Both the position numbers and the translations under genes were made by a program. Shown piece after piece: positions 50,020 through 62,884 of a stretch of DNA of 64,000 bases (position 1 is the stretch's first letter; each line of letters begins with the position of its first letter). Below the pieces are notes generated by a model. It saw only the letters and a program-made list of their open reading frames with translations, ran no database searches and was not told the origin of the DNA. The stretch comes from Octopus sinensis (Eukaryota): NCBI RefSeq assembly GCF_006345805.1, contig NW_021833893.1, positions 248,001-312,000 of the forward strand. Direction: 5' to 3'.

Positions 50020-51410
50020 AAAAGAAAGTATGATCGGGGAAGAGTTATGGGAAATCTGAACCACTTGCTATTCATGGACGACCTGAAGATATTAAAAAAG
50101 AAACTGAAGCAGAACTGGACAGCCTAGGCCAGTCTGTGCGGATTTTCTCCAATGATATTAAGATGGAGTTTGGACTATCAAAATGTGCTACGAAGGTGAT
50201 GAGACGAGGAACGTTGCCAGGACAGATGGCATATGGTTGCTAAGTGGTGAAATGATGAAGGCAATTCAACTTCAATCCAGTTATACATACCGGTCAATAC
50301 TCGAGGCAGATGGATTCAAACACTACCACATGAAGGAAAAGACAAAAAAGAGAGTACCCGCGGCGAGTGAGAAGAATATTAGTTTCAAAGCTGAATGCCA
50401 GAAACATAATTTTGCGAATAAACTCGCGCGCAGTCGCAGTAGTTCGGTATGGCGCAGGATTCCTGAAGTGGACAGGAGAGAAACTAAAGGAGATGTACTG
50501 GAAGTCAAGAAAGCTCCTAACGATGCAGAGAGCTCATCATCCACGTGCAGACACTGATCGCCTATACATAAAGAGAGCAAATGGAGGAAGGGGCCTGATA
50601 TGTGTGGAAGATTGCGTGCGTATCGAACTGGAGAGCTTAATGAGATATCTAGCCAAAAGTAAGGAAATCATCCTAATGATAGTTAGGAGCGAGGGAGTAT
50701 TGAGAGTAGAGAATAAAAGAGAAAACAAAGGAAGAAATACAAAAAGGATATGAAGAATAATTACGCAAGGAGAGACTATACAATCAATTCCATGTAACCA
50801 AAACAGAAGTTACTAGAAAAAATAGGTGGGATTGGCTGATGAAAGGAACCCTAAAAAAAGAGACGGAGATCAAGATTTGGCCATGTGCTAGAGGGTCAAT
50901 CTTAGGAAGGAGCAAGTGTCTCAGCTGTTCCACTGCCCATATCACGAACAAATGCCCTAGACTTGCCCCAAACCTCTATAAATCGTGGCGACACGATCAG
51001 GTTGCGAAAGTACTGCATTGGAAACTGCGAAAAGCGGGGGCTAGAGAGAGAGGCAAGATATGGTATGAGCACAAACCGGTGAGAGTGGCGGATTCGGAGA
51101 CTAACAAAATCCTCTGGGATTACCGAGTATAATAGACCGGACCTAGTGGTGGTGTACAATTATATAAGCTATATAATTAATATTGCATACCTCTTTGACC
51201 CACAAATAGTCAAAAAGAAGGCGAAAAGATAGATAGATAAAACCCTCTTAAGTACGAAATAGCTCGACTATGGAAAATAAAGAAGGTGACGATGGTGCCA
51301 ATTATTGTTGAGTCCTTGGGAACAGTATCAGAAGACATCAAGAGGAATATAAAGGTTTACAAAAGGTTTGCCTTCTCGGCACAGCCAGAATAAGCAAGAA
51401 AGTATTAATC
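50020..51410 (+). mobile_element. Second R4/Dong-like LINE fragment (RT to RLE)
   Basis: NHLLFMDDLK; SKLNARN...AVVRYGAG...HHPRADTDRLY; RHDQVAKVLHW; DRPDLVV. Confidence 0.85.
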
Positions 51411-51580
51411 TTCTGTCTACAATGGACCCATTCCAGTCTTTTCAGTTGCTTTTTCCTACTGTTTATATTATTTGATTCTGCTGATTTCTCATGACTCTTA
51501 TTTTTTCTTGACTCTCTTTTATTTGTCAAATTGGAAATTTTCCGTATGTTTATAAAAGCTAGAAAATTTCACTTTATGCA

Positions 51581-53067
51581 TTAACTACCATATGGGTCCA
51601 CTAGACCCTCGAATTAAATTCAGGCAATACTCTTGTCATTCTAAACAGAATAAAATCAGTATCAAATATTATTTTCCTAGATATTTATCAGATATAAAAT
51701 AGATACAATTGTATTTAATTTATTTGCTTAATTTTGGATAAAACAGGGAAAAAAATCATGAAAATATTCCTATAAATTTCTGTGGTATTGCATCACCTTC
51801 AATCTGCTAGGTTATAGGGTGATGCAATATTTCTGTGATGACGCAATTCTTACAATAGCAATATCTACCTTTAGTCTGCTGTCAAGTTTCATATAGTTCA
51901 GTTATGCTTACCAAATGTCTAGGCGTGAAAACTTGAGTGAAGACCAAATATCGAAAAGGTTACTGGAATTAGATGAGAAATGGGAAGAAGGTTGTAGTGA
52001 TTCTTTCTATTGCTCTGAAGACGATGGTGAAAGTGATTCTGTGCTGGACAGTTTAGGTTCTGTGTCATCAGATGGTGAAGGTACTCAAAAACAATAATCT
52101 GTAAGCCACCCAATTATGAATGAGCAATATGTTTCTAGAGACAGGCAAGAACTACAGCTTGCAAAACGCAATACTTTGTTGAAATCTTCCCCTGACTCAT
52201 AATTTTGTTGAATATTGGGAGGCCATTTTCTTGACCCCATAACTAATATTTTCATGTTTAGATTTATAAACACCTATAAGAACAATCAGTCCAATATATT
52301 TCTTTAGTTCAGAGTGATTCATTTCCTTCCATTTATCTTTGTAAGCAATCTGACCTTCAATATTTGTCCAATTACGAATTACTTCAAGAAATGTGTAATC
52401 AGAATTTGTAAGATGGATATGTTCCAAGTTCATGCATGACAATTGATGAACAATTAGTTTTATACAGAGAGCGATGCCCATTCCGGGTATATATTCATTC
52501 AAAACCAAGGAAATATGGAATTAAAATTTGGGCAATATGTGATAGTGAAACATCTTATGCCTACAAAATGCAAATCTACACTGGGGAAGACCGAGTAAAA
52601 GTGAGAAAGACAAATCAAGGTTCAGGAGTTGTTGAAGACCTAGTAAAAGAACTTGAAAATACAGGTCGCAATTTAACTTGTGACAATATTTTTAGAAGTC
52701 TAGGATTTACTCGAAAGTTACTTAGCAAGAAAACTACTCTAGCTGGAATAATTAGAAAGAACAGAGTTGAACTTCCAAGTGCTTTCACAAATGGAAAAGA
52801 AAAAGGATTCTATGATCCCATCTTATTGTCACAAGAAAAAATATATTGTCACACTTATGAGTACAATGCACTCTCAGCCATCAATTGATTCATTAAGTCA
52901 TGAAAAGAAACCTGAAGTTATTACATGTTAGAATAAAATAAAAGGGGGAGTAGATACCCCAGATAAGATGGTAAGGACATACTCTTGCAAAAGACTGACT
53001 CGAAGATGGCCAATAGTTATACTCCACAACATAATTAATATAAGTGCAGTGAATGCTTTCATTATCA
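51581..53067 (+). mobile_element. Decayed piggyBac transposon with internal inversion
   Basis: TTAA plus GGGTC-n5-GACCC at 51581; acidic N-terminus; DDD motifs MTIDEQL, LTCDNIF, KGGVDT; segment about 52157-52405 is inverted. Confidence 0.88.
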
Positions 53068-54160
53068 ATAGATTATACCTACCATGGAAGGAGGTGGAGA
53101 GAGGTCTCATGTCAATAGAATACTGTGTAGAGATAGAAAATGAGATATACAAGAGTAAGTGAGAAGCAACCCAGAAAGACTGATACCAGCTGCCAGACGA
53201 GAGGAGAAAGATGTGGAGACGACAACAGAATACAAGAAAAGAAGAAAACAAAACCGAGTAAGAAATATCTGGAGGTAAAGAACTACACTGCCAGCGTCTC
53301 AGACAAGCCTTAGGAGTCGCAGCAGAAGAGTGCTGACTATGGATGAAGAATGGAGACCTTAAGAAAGAAACGGAAGGACTCATAATAACTGTTTAAGGCT
53401 AGTCGTTGCGGACAAATAACACTAAGGCCAAAATAGACGATACCACACATGTTGTATCCGTGTGCAGTCTTCTTGAGTCTGCAGAGTATCTCATCTGGCA
53501 CAATATATTCTCTAGGTAATTTGCGGCACAATATATTCACTGGGTAATTTGCATAAACCTGGACCTGCCCCATGATAAAAACTGGTGGGAAAACAAGCCA
53601 CTCCCAGTGCTTGAAGATGATCACAGCTCACTCTTCTGGAACTTCACCGTTCAAACTGACAGAAAGATAGATGCGAATAGGCCAGACATTATATTAAAAG
53701 ACTTCAGACAAAAATGATGCCTCCTCATTGATAAGGCTGTCTCAATCGACATAAATGTATCTGTCAAGACCTACCAAAAACTGAGCAAGTGTAAAGATCT
53801 TGAAATAGAAATTTGCAAACTTTGAAACCTCAAGACTAAAACAATACCTATTGTCATAGGTAACCTAGGAATGACAGAAAAAGGGGAGAATTCCTACCTA
53901 GCTCAGATACCAGGAAATCCCTAAATGGCAGAAATTCAAAAGATAGTGCTCATGGGTACTGCTCATATCCTACGTAAAACACTATGTAATCTCAAATTTT
54001 AAAACAAACTAATTTTCTTATATTTTAAACATTCTCTAGAACAATACAATATTCAAAACCAAATATATGACACGCTAAGCATAACAGCAACATGAACTTC
54101 TAACTTGTTGTCTCTTGTGGTCTCTGGATGAGACTTGGAATCAACTTGTACAAATACAAA
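53068..54160 (+). mobile_element. R4/Dong-like LINE 3' fragment
   Basis: RLYLPWKEVERGLMSIE; LFWNFTVQTDRKIDANRPDIILKD; KTYQKLSKCKDLEIEI. Confidence 0.8.
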
Positions 54161-54319
54161 GCAAAAGTTACACATATGATAATTTTGGGGGAGGGGACTA
54201 GTCGATTACATCGACACCAATATTTCGCTGGTACTTAATTCATCACTCCTGAAAGGATGAAAGGCAAACTCTGTACATTAAAGCCCTATAAAATCTTGTA
54301 TTAGTTTGTAATGTTGACA

Positions 54320-54487
54320 GGGGTCGCCACCATCCCATGCCGGAGCTTCGTGGAGCTTTTAGGCGTTTTCGCTCAATAAACACATACAACGGTCTGGGAA
54401 TCGAAACCGCGATCCTCCGACTGCAAGTTCGCTGCAGTGGTTAGGGCAGTGAACTTGCCCTAACCACTGGGCCACTGCACCTCCACA
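54320..54487 (-). mobile_element. tRNA-SINE family C head with a 23-nt inverted templated insert
   Basis: Matches 31680-31798; insert at 54436-54458. Confidence 0.8.
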
Positions 54488-54995
54488 TATGAGGCACCTA
54501 ACATATGTATATTGTATAAAAGCTTGAAGGTGCTATGTTCGTCCTGGACTATTAAAAATACAACTTAACCCTATTCAAACATAGTAAAATCTGAAACAGT
54601 ATATAACATGCATTTAAAAGATGAATGCAAATATAAAAAGAACTTTACTTAATTTGCACATTTGAGATTTAAATATACAATTAATTTGCATATATAATAA
54701 GCGAAATTGTCGCTGTTTTAAATTAGCTTAACACAAGTAATCGAGCTATCAAGCTGGATCAGCGTGCCACTTATAGAACATAAGAGATATTATTTACATA
54801 TTAATTGGTTGCATCAATAATTTCTTGACTATTAGAACATTTGCAGATGTAATATTTCTTGAAAACTGTATTTTCAAGAGTCTTTGGCATACATATATAA
54901 TTACATGTTCGATTTATTTATAAAAAATAAATCAGTGAAAACGATGTTTTCTAATTAATTTTTAAAGCAAGATTTGAAACTTAATGTGTTTAATA

Positions 54996-55030
<35 letters not shown>

Positions 55031-56016
55031 CTCACGCATGCACAAAATTACTTGCTAATTTGTATTTCATTCGAGCTTTGCTTTATATTGAAAAAACAAC
55101 CCCAAAAAACTAAGCTACAGTAACTTAGAGAGTTACTTCAGAACTCCCTTTCCTCTATTCAGTATACATATTTTCATCAAATTTTGAAATGTAATCAGTT
55201 TTCTACTTGTCCCATATAACTAAAGTTTGGTATGCTATACCTGTTACTTTTACAATAACCAGTATGTGTTGCTATGGAAACTATTTGTACTTGCTTTTGT
55301 TCATCGTTTTCGATATGGGCCGCAAAGTCATAAGCCACATGACGCGCTAAACGAACAAACTTTCGCTCGACACAAATCAGTTGCTTTAATTTTGATTTGC
55401 AATTATTGAAGCACGATCTGGACTTTTAGCTTCAGTAGTTACTAAGATACCGATTTAAAATTCAACCAAGCAGATAAACGTTGAAACATTTTCACTTTTT
55501 TAATACATTGATTGAATATGTGAGAAGGTGGGAAAAATAGTTTTGAATAAAAAATGTTAATTCGGAATTTAAGGTAACCCAGTTCTATTCAACGATGTCT
55601 GTCGAGTGAACAACTGTTTATACGAAAATTGAAATCAGTTTAACAAAAGGCGAAAGGCAATAGAAATATCTTTCAACACGTCACAAAACAAATTATTTAA
55701 AGTTTTGGTAAAATTCATACTAAATACTTTCCTCCGCTGACAATTCTATCGGTCGGAATTAAATCAAATATTTCTTTCGCTTCTCCAAAGTAATTAGAGA
55801 AGATACATGTAGATCACAGCCCTTCCCTAGTCTATCTTTGGGTTGTTAGTCATGAAACAAAGTGAAATTGTCACCTTGCCAAGACAACAAATTTATACCT
55901 GCGATTGAAGCAATTTCATTTCATTACTTTTTCATAAAACCTAAAAACGTATAATAAAATACAAAAAAGGAAAGAAAGAATGAATGGCAGAACAAAGAGT
56001 ACTTTATTATTATTAC

Positions 56017-56059
<43 letters not shown>

Positions 56060-56094
56060 GCGTTTGTTATTGTTGTTGTTGTTCTATATTTAAA

Positions 56095-56137
56095 AGACGA
56101 GGAATTATGTACATTATTTACATTTGACGGATATTTG

Positions 56138-56222
<85 letters not shown>

Positions 56223-56372
56223 TCGAAAAATACCTTAGGAATGAGAACCCAGGTTCGAAATTTCCCCAAGACACCTGATGAAGGCTGGAGGGTATGTCAG
56301 CCGAAACGTTGTGTTAACAACAAACAAGATGAGGACAAATATCCGTCAAATGTAAATAATGTAAATAATGTA
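56095..56372 (+). mobile_element. Short Penelope-like element with hammerhead and inverted terminal duplication
   Basis: Exact 29-bp inverted repeat at 56110-56138 and 56335-56363; hammerhead at 56268-56315. Confidence 0.7.
56268..56315 (+). ncRNA. Minimal type I hammerhead ribozyme
   Basis: GACAC-CUGAUGA-A-GGCUG[10 nt]CAGCC-GAAA-CG-UU-GUGUU: 5-bp stems I and II, ACGU palindrome, GUU triplet. Confidence 0.75.
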
Positions 56373-56409
56373 TTATTATTATTATTATATTATTATTATT
56401 ATTATTATT

Positions 56410-57476
56410 ACTTTTTTTTTCTTCTTTCAAATTTTCTTCCATTTCTTGCCGAGTCCCGACTCCTAGGGCAAAGAAACTCATAGTGTATATTGGTAGGCCA
56501 TTAAACCAAACTCAGTAGTTCGTTCATTTTTTTTTTGTTTTTTTGTTTTTTTTTAAGTTAAATTAAAATACATGAGCAGCAACAGTTCTCACATCGACAA
56601 TGCTCTTCTCAATACGTGTGATGTACCAGTTAAGACAATCTTTTGCACTTCTTGCAGGGATGGTAAGCCAGGGATCATTCTCATATAATTTTCGGTTCCC
56701 TTCTTGATCATTCCTAGTGCTCCTACGATCACTGGTATTGTAACCGCCTTGAGATGCCACATTTTCTCAATTTCAATGAGTAGGTCTTTATATTTTCTGA
56801 GCTTGTCAAACTCTTTCGCTGAGATATTATGATCACAGGGAATGCTCATGTCGATCAATAAGCAAACTTTATTGTTTTGGTCTTTCACAACAATATCTGG
56901 TTTATTGACCTTGATGGTTCGGTCTGTATGTACTGGAAAGTCCCACAGAATGGTTACATTTTCTCCTTCAGTTACAGACTCAGGGTGGTGATTATACCAC
57001 TTGTCGGCAGTTTTGATATTGTAATGCCGACTTATTAGCCAGTGGAGATATTGGCCAACTCTGTCATGTCTTAATTTATACTCCACTGGTGCTAAGACTT
57101 TACATCCAGAGATTAGGTGGTCCACTGTTTCAATCATGTCGTTGCAGAATCGGCATTTTGGGTCTGCTCCATTTTTCATCACATTGGCCTGGTAGTTCCG
57201 GGTTAATAGGCTTTGGTCTTGAGCAGCCAGGATGAAACCTTCGCTCTCTGCTTTTAGCCCTGAGCTCCGCAGCCACTGATGGGTTTGCTTCTGGTCAACA
57301 TCAGCTTGTTTGCTGCGGGTCACATATTTGCCGTGCAGAGGTTTCTCCTCCCACCTATCAGCCAATTGCTCGTGCGCTTTTTTCATTGCCATCAATTTCA
57401 CCTTCTTTGCAACAATAGTTGCCGTACTTCCCTCGGGTTGTTCAGTTTGGGTATCCTGCACGAGATCAATAGCTCC
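56410..57476 (-). mobile_element. 5'-truncated R4/Dong-like LINE in (TAA)n, intact C-terminal ORF
   Basis: 290-aa open frame with CCHC finger (CRFC...HLISGC), RHD and PD-(D/E)xK nuclease (KPDIVV...LIDMSIP...KYKDL); (TAA)n on both sense-strand flanks. Confidence 0.92.
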
Positions 57477-57477
57477 C

Positions 57478-57879
<402 letters not shown>

Positions 57880-57882
<3 letters not shown>

Positions 57883-58872
57883 TTTCCTTCTTTCTTCAAA
57901 TTTTCTTCCGTTTCTCGCCGAGTGTTTTCTATACACCTAGTGCAGAGAATCTCATTGTATGCATTCCCAGATTACACACACAAATTCACAGGTAAAATAT
58001 GTATTTAAAAAATTAATGAATAAATAAATTCATGAATGGATGTTGTCTTCATAGCGATAATGCTCTTCTCGGTACATGAGCCGTTCTAGTTAACACGATT
58101 TTTTGCACTTCCTGTAGGGATGATAAGCCTGGAATCATTTTCAAATAGGTTTCAGTACCTTTTTTTTTATCATTCCTAGAGATCCTACAATCACTGGTAC
58201 TGTAGTCGCCTTGAGATGCCACATTTTTTCAATTTCTATTAGCAGGTCTTTATATTTACTATCCTTGTCAAATTCTTTCGCCGCTATATTGTGATTGCAA
58301 GAAATACTCATGTCAATTAATAAATACATCCTTATTGTCTGATCTTTTATGATAATATCCGGTTTATTAGCTTTTATAGTCTTGTCGGTATTTACGGGGA
58401 AGTCCCATAGAATCGACACATTTTCTCCCTCAGTCACAGCTTCAGGATGGTGTTTATACCATTTGTCAGCGGTTTTGATTTTATAATGCCGACATATTGT
58501 CCAGTGTAAATACTGGCCGACTCTGTCATGTCTTGCTTTATATTCTACAGGTGCTAAGACTATACACCCTGAGATTAGGTGGTCTATTGTTTCAATCTCA
58601 TCGTTACAGAATCGGCATTTTGGGTCAGCTCCATTTTTTATCACATTGGCTTGGTATTTCCGGGTTAATAAGCATTGGTCTTGAGCAGCTAATATAAAAC
58701 CTTCACTCTCCGCTTTTAGCCCTGAGCTTCGTAACCATTGGTGCGTGTGTTTCTGGTCGACATCAGATTGTTTGCTACGGGCCACATACTTGCTATGCAG
58801 AGGTTTCTGTTCCCATCTGCTAGCTCTTTTTTCATGCGCTTTTGTCTTTGCAATCAATTTTATTTTCTTTGC
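57880..58872 (-). mobile_element. Second 5'-truncated R4/Dong-like LINE in (TAA)n
   Basis: 238-aa paralogous ORF; 3' end GGAAGAAAATTTGAA shared with the 56.4-kb copy, followed by (TAA)n. Confidence 0.9.
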
Positions 58873-59100
58873 AGATCCTCGAAACTAACCTTACGTAACG
58901 CATTTGCTTCTATACTTTATAGATATGAGGTATCCAGCCTGCTTTGTATAGTTCCTCTGTAGGGATTTTTAATATGGACACTCAGCCGAGTGGATTGTGT
59001 CCAGAAGTGGCTGTGTGGTAAGTAGCTTGCTTACCAGCCACATGGTTCCGGGTTCAGACCCACTGCGTGGCACATTGGACAAGTGTCTTGGTAAAGTCAA

Positions 59101-59181
<81 letters not shown>

Positions 59182-59659
59182 GTTATTGTTGTTGTTAAAG
59201 CGGCGATCTGGTAGAATCGTTAGCACACCGGGCGAAATGCTTAACAGTATTTCTTCCATCTTTATGTTCTGAGTTCAAATTTCACCAAGGTCGACTTTGC
59301 CTGTCATTTTTCAGGTTCGATAAAATAAGTACCAGTTCACCACGGGGGTCGATGCAGTTGACTAGCCCCCCAAATTTCAGACCCTGTACCTGTAGTAGAA
59401 AGGATTATTATTATTGTTGCTGTTATTATTTATGCTCTGTGTACAAATTCCAATACAATGGAAAATAATGTTCATTTTTGTATACTTCAACTTTATTTAT
59501 ATTTGAAAAGTTTTCTCTTTCTTGTTTTAATTGCAAAATCGATAAGATCCTCGAAACTAACCTTACGTAACGCATTTGCTTCTATACTTTATAGATATGA
59601 GGTATCCAGCCTGCTTTGTATAGTTCCTCTGTAGGGATTTTTAATATGGACACTCAGCC
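58873..59659 (+). repeat. Identical 115-bp direct repeats (58873-58987 and 59545-59659)
   Basis: AGATCCTCG...CACTCAGCC; no difference found by eye. Confidence 0.9.
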
Positions 59660-59945
59660 TCTGGCCGACCAAAGCCTTGTGAGTGGATCTGGTAGACGGA
59701 AACTGAAAGAAGCCCGTCGTATATATGTATATATGTTTGTGTGTCTGTTTGTCCCCCCCAACATCACTTGACAACCGATGCTGGTGTGTTTACGTCCCCG
59801 TAACTTAGCGGTTCGGCAAAAGTGACCGATAGCATAAGTACTAGGCTCACAAAGAATAAGTTCTGGGGTTGATTTGCTTGACTAAAGGCGGTGCTCCAGC
59901 ATGACAACAGTGAAATGACTGAAACAGGTAAAAGAGTAAAAGAGT
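59005..59945 (+). mobile_element. Split SINE family A (head 59005-59089, body 59656-59945) enclosing a family B SINE (59197-59400)
   Basis: The head stops at CAAGTGTCTT and the body resumes at GCC...GGCCGACCAAAGCC, close to collinear with the 42135 copy. Confidence 0.8.
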
Positions 59946-60314
59946 ATTAATATTAGAAATATTTGGAAGGCACACTCAATATTGTCTTCTACAATTATTT
60001 TACAAATTACGAGATGTCACTTTTATCACTTCGGTATCTATCGCAACATACTCTCATATTTTAAGTACATTTTACTTTCACAATTTTACGACGGTAAACT
60101 TCATGTTAACGAAAATAAGCAAATAGTAAGGTCTATTTCGGAGATGTATTTGCCTAACAAGTAATTTGATGTGAGAGAGGTCGCCAACAGAGGTGGATGA
60201 TAGCCACAAAATCCCTTCCCTGCAATATGGCTGGTCTTCCACTCAAATCCCAAGCAGTTGTTACAAATGCCTATTTTCACTTCTCCCCATCATCATCTGG
60301 ATTAGATTAACAGA

Positions 60315-60666
<352 letters not shown>

Positions 60667-60879
60667 TGTTGAAAATAAAATAGTAACTGGGTTTTAAACA
60701 AACAAACTGTGTTTAAACATTTCTGAAAGTTAAGGCATAATTAATTCATTTTAAATTGAAAGTTTCTCAATGGGAAATTTATAAATAAAGAGAGACAACG
60801 GTCCCGACAACATTTACATATATTTTATTACACGATTTAAAGAGGTTATAAACAGTCGATGGATATATTAAAGAAGTGT

Positions 60880-61150
60880 AAATGTTTTTGTCTTAAGATC
60901 AATCCACGCAACCGACAGGACTTTAAATGAATATTTTTAATGAACCATCGGAACAACTTGGTCTCTGCATCTTTCGGGAAACTCACCTAAAGATCTTTCA
61001 GAACAAGAACCTTAGAGCAAGAACGGAAGCCTCCGTTTATCGTATCTGTGTATCCATCTTTCTGCATTGGTCTGAGTGTTAGACCCTTTATTGGCATCAG
61101 ATCAGACAACTGGAAGCGTTCCATATCAGATTGCCCCAAAGTAAAACCAA
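60880..61150 (+). mobile_element. RTE LINE remnant
   Basis: TEASVYRICVSIFLHWSEC*TLYWHQIRQLEAFH. Confidence 0.65.
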
Positions 61151-61292
61151 AGTAAAACAGATGTCTCTTACCGAAATCCTCCTGACTAAATATGACTAAA
61201 TTGACTTAAGTACACGTTTTGGATTGCCTTTGAAAATAAGTTAGGTTTGGTAATTACAAATAGATTCCAGTACGACCTTTTTCGGTAATGGT

Positions 61293-61390
61293 AAAGTCGA
61301 GCAGTTTAGCAATTACCGTGAAATTTAGGTAATTTTACCATAAGGTCGAGCAGTTTAACAATTACCATAAAATTTAGGTAATTTTACCAT
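61293..61390 (+). repeat. 49-bp tandem duplication
   Basis: GTCGAGCAGTTTARCAATTACCRTRAAATTTAGGTAATTTTACCAT occurs twice. Confidence 0.9.
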
Positions 61391-61819
61391 GCATATATAT
61401 ATAAATATACTCTTGATACATATAGTTTGTTTACTTATTGTAAAAAAAAATATTCCTTGAATATTTTTGTGCTACTCTTTACTCTATCTCCACTCTTACC
61501 CTGTATTTTTCTCCACTCTTTCTCTCTCTGTCTTCTTTTCTTTTTCGTTTTTTCTCTCTCTCTCTGTATGTTTCCCCCATTTTCACTCTTACTCTATCTT
61601 TTGCAACCCCTAATTTCATTCTCTCTTTCTCCATTCTTACCCTCTCTTTCCTCCCTCACTTGCCTCCTTTGCACGTTCCCCTCTCTCTGTTTCTTACTCT
61701 GATCCTCCAATCTCTCTCGCTCTGTCATTTTCCTTCTCTTTCTACCTCTGCTCCTTCGTTCTCTCTCTCTCTCTGTCGTCCCCTATTTCCCTCTTTCAAC
61801 ACTTCCTCTTCCATACCAC

Positions 61820-62210
61820 GTGATCGATGCTCGGTAAAAGTGGTGTCATTCTTTTTCGCTCTACCTTTGACCAGACTGGTCACGCTGACCTAGGTTTCTG
61901 CTACGTCCGTTCTGTCCTCTAGGACTTACTCTATTTCCTCTTTGCGCAGCTCCACTCAGTTCGTTCGACAGCTGTAAAACTCTTTCTGTTGTATTTGTGG
62001 TATATGTATAATTATTATTTTTTTTTATATATAGCCGTTTGTATATAGCCGTAAGGCTTCGTGCTGTTGTATATACATAATTCGTTGTCTGTTATATTTA
62101 TATAATGTTTTGTTTGTTTCTGTCTTAGCTCACATTCGCTAGGTGTTTCCCAGTAGCTTAATAAAAGCACTGGCGCCTGCAAAATTGAGCAGTGTCAAAG
62201 GCAATTGGCA
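61820..62210 (+). mobile_element. Possible solo LTR
   Basis: TG...CA bounded segment with AATAAA at about 62160; ends and TSD not established. Confidence 0.25.
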
Positions 62211-62596
62211 TGAAATTGCTATGATATTTTGCGTCTTTGATTGAAGAGGAAAACTCAGCCGCGAATACTCTGTATATCTTGTCGTTGTCTAATTTCCCAT
62301 CTGTTTAGATTTCGTTTACTGTGCTTTTGTCTAACTTTTCTTTTTGTTTTCTTTCTTTCCAGCCCTTTATATACATAATACATACATACATACATACATA
62401 TTCGAAGCGACAAGTCGCGTATTTGGCGTGGGAAACTATTTATCGAAAATGCGATGAATACTATCTCCGACTTTGGAGCCTTATTAAATAACTGGTTAAT
62501 CTTCAGATGAAGTAACTGAGGGAGCGTTTTATTCACGATCGTCGCGATTTTCGACTGAAACTTGAATTTAGTATATACAGAGAATTACTACAAACA

Positions 62597-62880
62597 ACAT
62601 GGCCGTTCACAACATCAACAATTCAATCGAGGAACAGAACGAAAACAACAGCTCAACAGGTAAAGAAATTCTTTCTAGCTGTAGTTATGGAAGAAACCGT
62701 AACAACAAAACTCATTTCTCTTGGAGTCATGAATTGAATAATGATCTATTTAATTGTTACGAAATAGCGAAACAAAACCACGCTGTTGGCTATATGAATC
62801 AAGATTAAAATCATATTGGTACGATCTACATCCAGAATTAAATAATCTTACTGCGAAGCAACTACGCCATGAATCAAAGG
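62597..62880 (+). mobile_element. R4/Dong-like ORF N-terminus (Myb-like motif)
   Basis: FSWSHELNNDLFNCYE...GYMN, then (frameshifted) WYDLHPELNNLTAKQLRH. Confidence 0.6.
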
Positions 62881-62884
62881 ATGG

